Positions 41,215 through 49,212 of a DNA stretch of 64,000 bases are shown piece after piece. This DNA is from Kiritimatiellia bacterium (GTDB taxonomy: Bacteria; Verrucomicrobiota; Kiritimatiellia; RFP12; JAAYLN01): contig JAZUMF010000005.1 in the NCBI GenBank assembly GCA_045603485.1, forward strand, positions 40,784 to 104,783, in the 5' to 3' direction. Within the stretch, counting starts at the first letter, position 1, and the number at the start of each line of letters is the position of its first letter. Below the pieces are notes generated by a model. That model saw only the letters and a program-made list of their open reading frames with translations. It had not been told where the DNA came from and searched no databases. The position numbers and the translations under genes were made by a program.

Positions 41215-41419
41215 GTGGCCTTGGGACAAGGGCTGTCAGACGATGGAGTGGTTGAGACAGCTACTCCCTCGCCACTTCAGAGGCAGTATGCAATAAAGCC
41301 ATGCCGATTCCGCGAAAGCAAAGTTCAAATCGCAAAGTTTTGAAGTTTACCATTGACATTGTAATCAGAATTATAATACAATATCCAGCCATAGGGCTAA
41401 CTATGCCCTTGAACAGGGA

Positions 41420-42002
41420 TTGGAAATGATAGAAGCGAAAAAGCCGACGGCACAGAGGAGCATCTTTGCGCAATGGCGTGAAGGTGTAGTTGGGCGTTGT
41501 CATTTTCCGTGGCTGACGTTACGGCGGATGGTCTTTGTTCTTGCATCTGCTGTGGCTGTCTGGGTGCATGTCGCCGAAGCCAGTATTCCGCTGACGGTAA
41601 AATGTCGATGTGAACGGGCTGATGCCGATCGTGACATTGGGAGCAAGACGGAAACGCTTTGGATATTTGTGCTTGATCACTCTGGTTCAATGGGTAATCA
41701 TCGAGATGCCTACAGTATCAAGCGAGGGACGGGATCTGGTTTGCGTTGGACGGCTCTTAAAGATAGTTTTGAGGAAACTGTGCAATCAATCCCGATTGGA
41801 GCGAGCGTTCAAGTTCCTCCTGTTCCTCGGTATCGTTGGCGCGATTGGATATGTTTGCGTAACGGCCAATGTCGATTGGAGCAACTACAAGGAGCGCTTT
41901 GCCAACATCAAGGAGACTGCGCAGGAGGCCAAGGAGTGGGTCCAGCAGCACGGCGAGAAGCTGCATGTCATCCTTGAAACAGCACTGGAGTCCGACGATT
42001 AA
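41420..42002 (+). pseudogene. Possible frameshifted gene: vWA-like N-terminal fragment joined to a small TM/coiled C-terminus
   Basis: Frame 1 carries FVLDHSGSM, a MIDAS-like DxSxS motif, and then degenerates. Frame 2 (41610..42002) carries a clean TM helix and a helical tail. The two frames overlap near 41800. Confidence 0.3.
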
Positions 42003-42004
42003 AG

Positions 42005-42889
42005 ATGAACCTGTTCTTGCAGCTACTTGGGAATGGCCTTGTACAAGGCGCGGTCGCGATGCTCTACGCGGCCGGTTTTGGCATTGTCTACAGGTCATTT
42101 CGCGTGTTTCACATAGCGATGGGAGCGCAGTTTGTCTTTTCGTGCTATGCGTTCTACACGTGCGCAGCGGTGTGTAAACTTCCGCTGACGGTTTCGGTGC
42201 CGGCGGTGCTGGCGCTGTCGGCTATTTTCGCCGTGCTGATTGAACGTGCCGTCTATCATCCGTTTGCCCGGAAGCGCTGCTCGTCCGGCGTTATGATGAT
42301 CGCTTCGCTCGGTATCATGATTGTTATTGAAAATGTCATCGCGCTCATTTACGGGAATGAGGTGAAAACGATTTCAAATCAATTGGAGCCGTCCGTCGTG
42401 TTTGCAGGACTTCGCTTTACCCGCATTCAGGTTCTTCAGTTCCTTGTCGGGTTTGGTGTGTTCACCTTCGTCGGTATGGCGGTGCGCTACGGCAAATGGT
42501 TCAAGGCGTTGTGGGCAATGGGCGACCAGCCCGAACTCTTGGCCGTTCTTGGGCTGCCTGTGCGTCGGTTGCGTCTTGGTGTGATGATGCTTGGCGGTGT
42601 GCTGGTGGCGATTCCGGCGATGTTGATTTCATGGGATATCGGAATGGATCCGCATGTCGGTATGCACTATCTTCTGCTCGGTTCGGTAGCGGTGTTTTTC
42701 GGAGGCGCCGACAGATATTGGGCCTGGGGCGCGGGTGCGTTGCTCCTCTCTGCGTTGCAAAGCCTTGCCGTTTGGCAGCTTTCGGCACGGTGGACCGATC
42801 TTGTGACGTTCGGCGTCTTGATTTTCGTTCTGATGTTCCGTCCGCAGGGGCTTTTCGGCGTGAGCAAACGACTGGAGGAGTCCAAATGA
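42005..42889 (+). CDS. livH: Branched-chain amino acid ABC transporter permease LivH
   Basis: LivH-like N-terminus LLGNGLVQGAVAMLYAAGFGIVY. Polytopic. Confidence 0.85.
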   Translation: MNLFLQLLGNGLVQGAVAMLYAAGFGIVYRSFRVFHIAMGAQFVFSCYAFYTCAAVCKLPLTVSVPAVLALSAIFAVLIERAVYHPFARKRCSSGVMMIASLGIMIVIENVIALIYGNEVKTISNQLEPSVVFAGLRFTRIQVLQFLVGFGVFTFVGMAVRYGKWFKALWAMGDQPELLAVLGLPVRRLRLGVMMLGGVLVAIPAMLISWDIGMDPHVGMHYLLLGSVAVFFGGADRYWAWGAGALLLSALQSLAVWQLSARWTDLVTFGVLIFVLMFRPQGLFGVSKRLEESK

Positions 42890-43755
42890 ATTATCTTCTC
42901 CATATCGGCGTGATGCTGGGCATCTACGGGATGTTGGCTCTTTCGACCAATCTGCTGATCGGGTTCGGCGGGCTTCTTACGATGGCGCAGGCCGCCTTTT
43001 ACGGACTTGGTGCTTACACATACGCGCTTTTGTCGCTTAAATTGGGGCTTCCGTTCTATGTGACGCTTCCCGCTGCTGTCGCGCTTTGCGCGCTCGTCGG
43101 CTGGCTGTTCGGACACGCCGCGCTCAGATTCCGCAATGAAGCATTCGTTCTGGCGACGATAGGATTTCAGATGATCGTCTATGTCGTTCTTTACAACTGG
43201 ACCGATCTGACGCGCGGACCGTATGGAATCTCGGGGATCCCACGTCCGTCGCTTTTCGGCATGAGTATAGAATCCGTGCCTGCATATTTCGTGTTCACTC
43301 TCGTTCTCTTCGCCCTCGTTCTCGCTTTTGTGCATCTTGTCGTCCAAAGTCCGTTCGCGCTTTCGCTCAAAGCCCTGCGCGACGACGAGGCCGCGGCGCA
43401 GACCTTGGGCATCTGTCCCAAGGGGCAGTATATCAAGGCCATGGTTTTTTCGTCTGCGGTCGCCGCGGTGCCGGGCGTATGTTTCGCAAGTTACATTACC
43501 TACATCGATCCGACAAGTTTCACGCTTTCAGAGTCGATTTTCATAGCCTGCATTCTGCTTGTCGGCGGATCGGGCAATATCGCAGGCCCTATGTCCGGCG
43601 TTGTGTTCATGATTGTTCTTCCTGAACTTTTGAGGTTTGTCGGCCTTCCGGATGCGGTCGCGGCGAATCTGCGCGAGATAATCTACGGCGTGTTGCTGAT
43701 CGTTCTTGTGTACATGAAACCTAAAGGATTGGCAGGTGCATATGCAGTCAAGTAA
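42886..43755 (+). CDS. livM: Branched-chain amino acid ABC transporter permease LivM
   Basis: The N-terminus MNYLLHIGVMLGIYGMLALSTNLLIGFGGLL is LivM-like. The upstream extension in the ORF track (from 42496) is rejected. Confidence 0.85.
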   Translation: MNYLLHIGVMLGIYGMLALSTNLLIGFGGLLTMAQAAFYGLGAYTYALLSLKLGLPFYVTLPAAVALCALVGWLFGHAALRFRNEAFVLATIGFQMIVYVVLYNWTDLTRGPYGISGIPRPSLFGMSIESVPAYFVFTLVLFALVLAFVHLVVQSPFALSLKALRDDEAAAQTLGICPKGQYIKAMVFSSAVAAVPGVCFASYITYIDPTSFTLSESIFIACILLVGGSGNIAGPMSGVVFMIVLPELLRFVGLPDAVAANLREIIYGVLLIVLVYMKPKGLAGAYAVK

Positions 43756-44551
43756 GAGCGATCCGCGCATAATAGAGCCTGTCGAGCTGCGGGTTGAAAA
43801 CGTCGGGAAGCGCTTCGGCGACTTCGTGGCGTTGCACGATGTGAACATCACCTGCGCACTTGGGAAAGTGACAGCGCTCGTCGGTCCGAACGGCGCTGGT
43901 AAGACAACGTTTTTTCACGTCATCGCCGGGAGCCTCAAGCCCGACGGCGGTAAAGTCTATCTCGGCGATAAGGAGATAACCGGAATGCCACCGTATAAGA
44001 TCGCGCGTCGGCATGTCGGTCGTCTTTTTCAGGATATTCGCATATTCCCTGATTTGACCGTCTTGGAGAATGTGCAGGTTTCGCTCCTGCACGCGTCGGA
44101 TTATTCGTTTGCGTCCACATTTGCGTTTTGGCGGTTTGCCGCGCGTGATGCCGACCGCTACGAACGCTCGATGAAGTGGCTTGATTTTGTAGGGTTGTCG
44201 GATGACGCCGCCAAGCCGGCGCTCGAGCTCTCGTATGGTCAGCAGAAACTTCTCGCTTTTGCGCGTCTTGCGGCACTTCGCCCGGCCGTACTTTTATTGG
44301 ACGAGCCTACGGCGGCATTATCGCCCGCAATGGCGAGTAAGATGGTAGGTCTAATAAAGCGCCTTGTCTCTGAGCAAGGTTTGACGGTTGCGTTGATCGA
44401 GCATAATATGGGTGTAGTAAGGGAGCTCGCGGATTATATCTATTTTCTTCATGAAGGATCCGTTTATATGCAGGGTACACAGAAAGAGGTTCTTGAAAAT
44501 CCTTTAGTCCGTAAACTCTATATGGGGCTGGGAGGTGCTGCATGCTGCTGA
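43736..44551 (+). CDS. livG: Branched-chain amino acid ABC transporter ATPase LivG
   Basis: Walker A GPNGAGKTT, LSYGQQK signature, and Walker B LLLDEP. Confidence 0.85.
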   Translation: MHMQSSKSDPRIIEPVELRVENVGKRFGDFVALHDVNITCALGKVTALVGPNGAGKTTFFHVIAGSLKPDGGKVYLGDKEITGMPPYKIARRHVGRLFQDIRIFPDLTVLENVQVSLLHASDYSFASTFAFWRFAARDADRYERSMKWLDFVGLSDDAAKPALELSYGQQKLLAFARLAALRPAVLLLDEPTAALSPAMASKMVGLIKRLVSEQGLTVALIEHNMGVVRELADYIYFLHEGSVYMQGTQKEVLENPLVRKLYMGLGGAACC

Positions 44552-45249
44552 CGATGGAGCATATCTTTTGCGGCTACGGCGATAGACCTGTACTCAATGA
44601 TGTCAGCCTTTCCGTTAATGAAGGTGAGGCTGTGCTGATCGCCGGGCCGAATGGCTGCGGAAAGTCTACGCTTTTGAAAGCTGTTTCAGGGGTGCTTAAG
44701 TTGTCTGCTGGCAATATCAAACTATCCGGAGAATCGCTCGCGGGACTTTCGGTCGAGCGGCGTATTCGATCGGGTATCGGTTATTTGCGCCAAAGCGATA
44801 ACATCTTTCCCGGTCAGACGGTCGAGGAGAATCTTGGGCTCGCCGGGATGATGCTTTCAAGAGCGATATATTTGTCCGCGAGAGATGAGATGTTGGAACT
44901 TTTCCCTTTTCTTAAAGCGAAACTTAACGATCGGGCAGGCTCATTATCTGGTGGGCAGCGTCAGGCACTCGCATTAGCGATGGTATTCCTAAGCCCTAAA
45001 AAGCTCTATCTTCTTGATGAGCCGACGGCAGGGCTTTCGCCTGCAGCCGCACAGGATATTATGGGTCGGGTACGTCAATTCGTGAAGGACGATGCGATGC
45101 GCTCGGTTCTTATGGTGGAGCATCGGCTTGATCTTTTGTCGTGGGTCGATCGTGCGGTCTTTCTTTCGCAGGGCAAGGTCAAATCCGAAATCGAGAATAT
45201 CGCGCTTCTTCAGGATGCCGAATGGCTCGCGAAGAATTATTTTGAGTAA
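44542..45249 (+). CDS. livF: Branched-chain amino acid ABC transporter ATPase LivF
   Basis: GPNGCGKST, LSGGQRQ, and LYLLDEP. Confidence 0.85.
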   Translation: MLLTMEHIFCGYGDRPVLNDVSLSVNEGEAVLIAGPNGCGKSTLLKAVSGVLKLSAGNIKLSGESLAGLSVERRIRSGIGYLRQSDNIFPGQTVEENLGLAGMMLSRAIYLSARDEMLELFPFLKAKLNDRAGSLSGGQRQALALAMVFLSPKKLYLLDEPTAGLSPAAAQDIMGRVRQFVKDDAMRSVLMVEHRLDLLSWVDRAVFLSQGKVKSEIENIALLQDAEWLAKNYFE

Positions 45250-45265
45250 AGTGGGAGAAGGCTGT

Positions 45266-46702
45266 ATGACGATGACACGGTTAGATGAATTACTGAGAAA
45301 CGGCGAAGGACTCGCCACAGAGTTCAAGCGGTGCTCGGGTAGAGTTGAGCACGATGTGTTTGAGTCTATCTGCGCATTCCTTAACAGGTTTGGCGGCGAT
45401 GTGTTACTTGGGGTCGAGGATGACGGGACTGTTGTCGGGATAAAAGGCGATCCGGTCGCATTGCGCAATAATATTATGAATATTGCGAATGACGGGAATG
45501 TTTTTGATCCGGTTGCATATATCGCGCCTGAGATTGTCGAGTATGATGGTAAGACGATTATCAGTGTTCATGTTCCTGCAAGCGGCGAGATTCATGCTTA
45601 TAAGGGCGTTGTTTATGATCGCAACGGCGATGCGGATGTGCGTGTGCGCTCGACGGCGGCCAAGGGTATGATGTTGCTGCGCAAACAGGGTGTTTTCACT
45701 GAACAGCGGATATATCCGTATGTTACAAAGGCCGATTTGAATCTTGCCGATCTAAAGCGGCTTCGCATTCGTGCGCAGAATAACAGCCGTGATGAAAGCC
45801 GCCATCCGTGGATGGATATGGATGATGATCAGCTTCTGCGTAGTGCCAAGCTGGTTGGCACAGATCGTGAATCTGGTAAGAGTGGTTTTAACCTTGCGGC
45901 CGTTATGCTGCTTGGAACGGAAGATGTTATAAAAGATATTTGCCCCGCATATGTTACGGATGCCATTTTGCGTGTTAAAGACATTGATCGTTATGACGAT
46001 CGCGATGTGGTCGGTGTTAATTTGATTGCGGCATACGACAGATTGATGGATTTTGCGAGAAAGCATCTTCCGGATCCGTTTTTTCTTGAAGGGGATATCC
46101 GTAAAAGTCTTCGTGAAATTATCGTCCGTGAAATGGTGGCAAATACGCTCATTCATCGCGAATTTACGAGTTCGCGCCCGGCGCGGTTTGTCATTGAACG
46201 CAGCCGAATGTATGTTGAGAATGCATGTCGAGCATCCTGCGGTGATGCATTGACGCCCGAGAATTTTGTCCCCGACCCAAGAAATCCCATAATAGCCAAC
46301 TTCTTCAGGGTGATTGGCTACGCTGACCAACTCGGCTCTGGTGTTAGGAATCTTTTCAAGTACGCCAAGGCATACGGCGGTTCTGATCCTAAGTTGAAGG
46401 ACGGAGACATATTTCGGATTGAGGTGTCGCTTCAGTCTGTAAAGGTGGGGGCGACTATGGAGAAAATGTCTGCTACTAGGGAGAAAACTAGGGAGGAAAC
46501 GACAGCTACTAGGGAGAAAACTAGGGAGAAAATCATTGCCTTCCTTTCAGATCATCCAAGTGCTACACAGGATGTCATAGCGAATTCGGTAGGGTTGTCA
46601 GTGAAAGGTGTGGAGTGGAACATAAAGGCGTTGAAGGATTCAGGACGCATCCGCCGTGTTGGCCCAGACAAAGGTGGACATTGGGAGGTTGTCTCGCAAT
46701 GA
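45266..46702 (+). CDS. AlbA_2 (Schlafen-like divergent AAA) / HATPase_c_4 / winged-helix ATP-binding regulator
   Basis: The N-terminus RLDELLRNGEGLATEFKRC...GGDVLLGVEDDGTVVGI matches the AlbA_2 (AAA_4) fold pattern. A C-terminal wHTH is present. An internal tandem duplication reads ATREKTREETT/ATREKTREK. Confidence 0.55.
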   Translation: MTMTRLDELLRNGEGLATEFKRCSGRVEHDVFESICAFLNRFGGDVLLGVEDDGTVVGIKGDPVALRNNIMNIANDGNVFDPVAYIAPEIVEYDGKTIISVHVPASGEIHAYKGVVYDRNGDADVRVRSTAAKGMMLLRKQGVFTEQRIYPYVTKADLNLADLKRLRIRAQNNSRDESRHPWMDMDDDQLLRSAKLVGTDRESGKSGFNLAAVMLLGTEDVIKDICPAYVTDAILRVKDIDRYDDRDVVGVNLIAAYDRLMDFARKHLPDPFFLEGDIRKSLREIIVREMVANTLIHREFTSSRPARFVIERSRMYVENACRASCGDALTPENFVPDPRNPIIANFFRVIGYADQLGSGVRNLFKYAKAYGGSDPKLKDGDIFRIEVSLQSVKVGATMEKMSATREKTREETTATREKTREKIIAFLSDHPSATQDVIANSVGLSVKGVEWNIKALKDSGRIRRVGPDKGGHWEVVSQ

Positions 46703-46934
46703 AAAAGCAGAAAGACATAGCTTTGCCGATGGATGGTGCGAAAGACTATCGCAAGTGGTGGTTTTGCGTTCTATAAGTATCGTTACGTTCTTTGCGTTAA
46801 AAAATCGAAGGCGGTGGAATGTGCGACATTATGAAGATTTTTGATATAATGTGCAACCGTAGACCGTCCTTTACGAGGCCCGCGAGTGGCGGGCAAAGGC
46901 GCTGGGAATCATTTAAGAATAAGGAGAAAGAAAG

Positions 46935-47333
46935 ATGAAAAATGGCATTAATCGTTCGACTGAGAAATTGCAGCATTATCCGTCGCCATTCTCAAAGCTT
47001 TTGCTCGTTCCGCAGGACAGTACGCTTTCGGTTGAGTCGGATCTTACTGGTGCAGTGGGCGTTTGCAAGAACGCGACTCTGGTCTGTGGCGGCTCTTGTT
47101 TCATTAACGTGGAGATTGGCGAGAAGGCTAAATTTATTTGCCGAGGAGCGTGTCTTGGAAATGTTGTGATTAAAGAGGGAGGCTTCTTTAAGTGTGATGG
47201 AGAAATGAGCGGCGACATCACAAACAACGGCGGTCGGTACGATATTCACGGATCCTTCTCCGGCGAGGTGTACGGTGAATTGGAAGAGGACGAAGAAGAT
47301 GATGATGATTACGACATAGATGAAGACAATTAA
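46935..47333 (+). CDS. Cys-rich beta-helix (bactofilin-like) protein with polyacidic tail
   Basis: Repeating G-x-V/C motifs (VCGGSCFINVEIGEKAKFICRGACLGNVVIKEGG). C-terminal EEDEEDDDDYDIDEDN. Confidence 0.35.
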   Translation: MKNGINRSTEKLQHYPSPFSKLLLVPQDSTLSVESDLTGAVGVCKNATLVCGGSCFINVEIGEKAKFICRGACLGNVVIKEGGFFKCDGEMSGDITNNGGRYDIHGSFSGEVYGELEEDEEDDDDYDIDEDN

Positions 47334-47352
47334 CGGGTACAAGAAAAGAACT

Positions 47353-47381
47353 TATTTTGATCCTCAACCGGCATGAGATTT
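47353..47381 (+). promoter_or_regulatory. Putative promoter with extended -10 (TGgTATAAT) upstream of ybjN
   Basis: tgg-tataat at 47373-47381. The -35 (tcaacc) is weak. Confidence 0.35.
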
Positions 47382-47551
47382 TTGGTATAATATTAGCCAA
47401 ACGATGAAACGCGGATTGACAGATTCTCGTACTTGGCATCATGCCGGCCTTGGCAAGGGCGGGCATTGGGAGACCGTGGTGCCATGAGACGAGATTGTCA
47501 AATGAACTCATTCTCTAAAACTAAAACCACAAACAAAAAGGATAAACAAAA

Positions 47552-48040
47552 ATGGATAAAATGGGTCAGGAACAGATAGTTGACGCAGTGCGCAACTGGC
47601 TTAAAGCTAACGACTGGTATTACGATTACAATGCCGAGAAGCATATGTTCAATATGAGCATCAGCCTCAAGAGCAAATTACAGTCAGGCAGGATATTCGT
47701 AGATGTCAAGGAAGACTGTTACGCGGTGTACATTTACGCGCCAATTAGGGGCAAGGACAATCTCGCCGAACTCACCAAGTACCTGACGATGGCCAACTAC
47801 GGCCTGCTCAACGGGAACTTCGAGCTGGACGTAGACGACGGCGAAATCCGCTACAAGACCTACGTGAATTGCGATGGGTTGCAGGAGCTCTCTTCAGCGG
47901 TTATCGAGGACAGCATTTACGTCGGCTGTGTTATGATGGATCGCTATGGCGACGGCATCGCCGCGCTTGCGCTTGGGTTCTCCGATGCCGACACGGAAAT
48001 CAAGAAGGCAGAAAAAAAGGACGAGTCTTCTGCTTCGTGA
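47552..48040 (+). CDS. YbjN-family protein (T3SS-chaperone-like putative sensory transduction regulator)
   Basis: A 162-aa acidic protein with the YbjN-like pattern: the DWYYDY region, then YAVYIYAP...LNGNFELD. Confidence 0.55.
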   Translation: MDKMGQEQIVDAVRNWLKANDWYYDYNAEKHMFNMSISLKSKLQSGRIFVDVKEDCYAVYIYAPIRGKDNLAELTKYLTMANYGLLNGNFELDVDDGEIRYKTYVNCDGLQELSSAVIEDSIYVGCVMMDRYGDGIAALALGFSDADTEIKKAEKKDESSAS

Positions 48041-48077
48041 AAGAATCTATTTTCTTTAGAAAGAAAGGTATGCAACG

Positions 48078-49199
48078 ATGAAGATTAAGAAGAACCTGTT
48101 ACTGGTCGTTATCCCAACGGTCACTGTTTTGGCATTTGTCATATTTTTTGCATGCCGAAACAGACAACCAGCTTCTGCCGATAATGCTGTCCAAGTTGGT
48201 GTGATTCTGCCTTTGACGGGCTCGCTTGGATATGAAGGAACTCGTATGAAAGATGCGATGGACTTGGCATTGTCCCAATTAGATGGTGAAAAACAACAAT
48301 GTTTAAAACTCAATTACGAAGACGGGAAGTTTTTGGTTCGCGATTCCATATCGGCGTTCAACAAATTAAACGAGAAGGGGATGGATGCATGGGTCATTTT
48401 TGGTGATACGCCGTTGTTAGGCATGAAAACTTTACTTGAGAAGACTGGAAAACCAGTTTTGTGCCTCATTGGAGCTCAGGATCTAGTCAAAGATTCGCAA
48501 ACGTTCTTCCATTTTTCGGGATCTATAACGTTGCCGGCTATTGAGAATGCTAAGTTTGCCAAGCGCAAGGGCGTGAAGACGGTCTCTTTAATTTATTTAA
48601 ATGAACAGATTGGTTTGGAGGTGAAGGGTGCTTTTGAACGGGAGTTTATAGACGAAGCACATAAGGTAGTCGCGTCAGAGGGATTTGACATGGGGCAACG
48701 AGCAATGAAGAGTTTGGTTGCGAAAGCTATTGCGCCTAATCCTGACGCAGTATTTGTTTATGGATATGCGACTCCATATATTGAAATCTTAAACGAAATA
48801 AAAAATGTTGGCTACCGTGGAATTGTTTTGACAGATGGAAATCTTGCCGCTGTAAAACCCGATCTTATCGATGGTGGGGAGGGCGTTTGGTATGCAGATT
48901 TTGATTTTGGCGATGGATGTGAGAACCCAGAGACTAAAAAGTTTCTGCATGACATGCATGACATCTATGGGGAGACTGCGAGTTCCTTTTCCGCATTTGC
49001 CTATGAAACGGTACGTGTGCTGTCGACAATTATCCATGATAAGGGTAAAACCCCTGCCGATATTCATAGCGGATTGTTGGCAATTAAGGACTACCACTCT
49101 ATTTTTGGTGTGATATCGTATCGTGACAATAGGGAACTTGAAATCCCAGTAGTGATTAAAAAGGCAACACGGGATAGCGCACAAGTTGTTAATGATTAA
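48078..49199 (+). CDS. Leu/Ile/Val-binding-protein-like periplasmic binding protein (ABC substrate-binding or sensor PBP)
   Basis: N-terminal TM/signal anchor, then a type-I PBP fold pattern (VQVGVILPLTGSLGYEG...). It lies immediately upstream of the giant gene and is coupled to it. Confidence 0.75.
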   Translation: MKIKKNLLLVVIPTVTVLAFVIFFACRNRQPASADNAVQVGVILPLTGSLGYEGTRMKDAMDLALSQLDGEKQQCLKLNYEDGKFLVRDSISAFNKLNEKGMDAWVIFGDTPLLGMKTLLEKTGKPVLCLIGAQDLVKDSQTFFHFSGSITLPAIENAKFAKRKGVKTVSLIYLNEQIGLEVKGAFEREFIDEAHKVVASEGFDMGQRAMKSLVAKAIAPNPDAVFVYGYATPYIEILNEIKNVGYRGIVLTDGNLAAVKPDLIDGGEGVWYADFDFGDGCENPETKKFLHDMHDIYGETASSFSAFAYETVRVLSTIIHDKGKTPADIHSGLLAIKDYHSIFGVISYRDNRELEIPVVIKKATRDSAQVVND

Positions 49200-49212
49200 G
49201 GAGGCTCCGCTC

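Noticed and set aside
40435-41255. Several overlapping R/A/P-rich ORFs on both strands in the GC-rich island remnant
   Set aside because: Typical spurious frames in high-GC DNA. Only the DUF2924 frame and the ParB-like HTH frame have recognisable protein signatures.
41340-41380. Promoter TTGACA...TATAAT upstream of the vWA-like and liv genes
   Set aside because: The spacer between TTGACA and TATAAT is only about 13 nt, so it is not a functional sigma70 geometry as read.
42496-42885. N-terminal 130-aa extension of livM in the ORF track
   Set aside because: The extension overlaps livH in another frame and has junk composition. The LivM N-terminus MNYLL starts at 42886 with ATGA coupling to livH.
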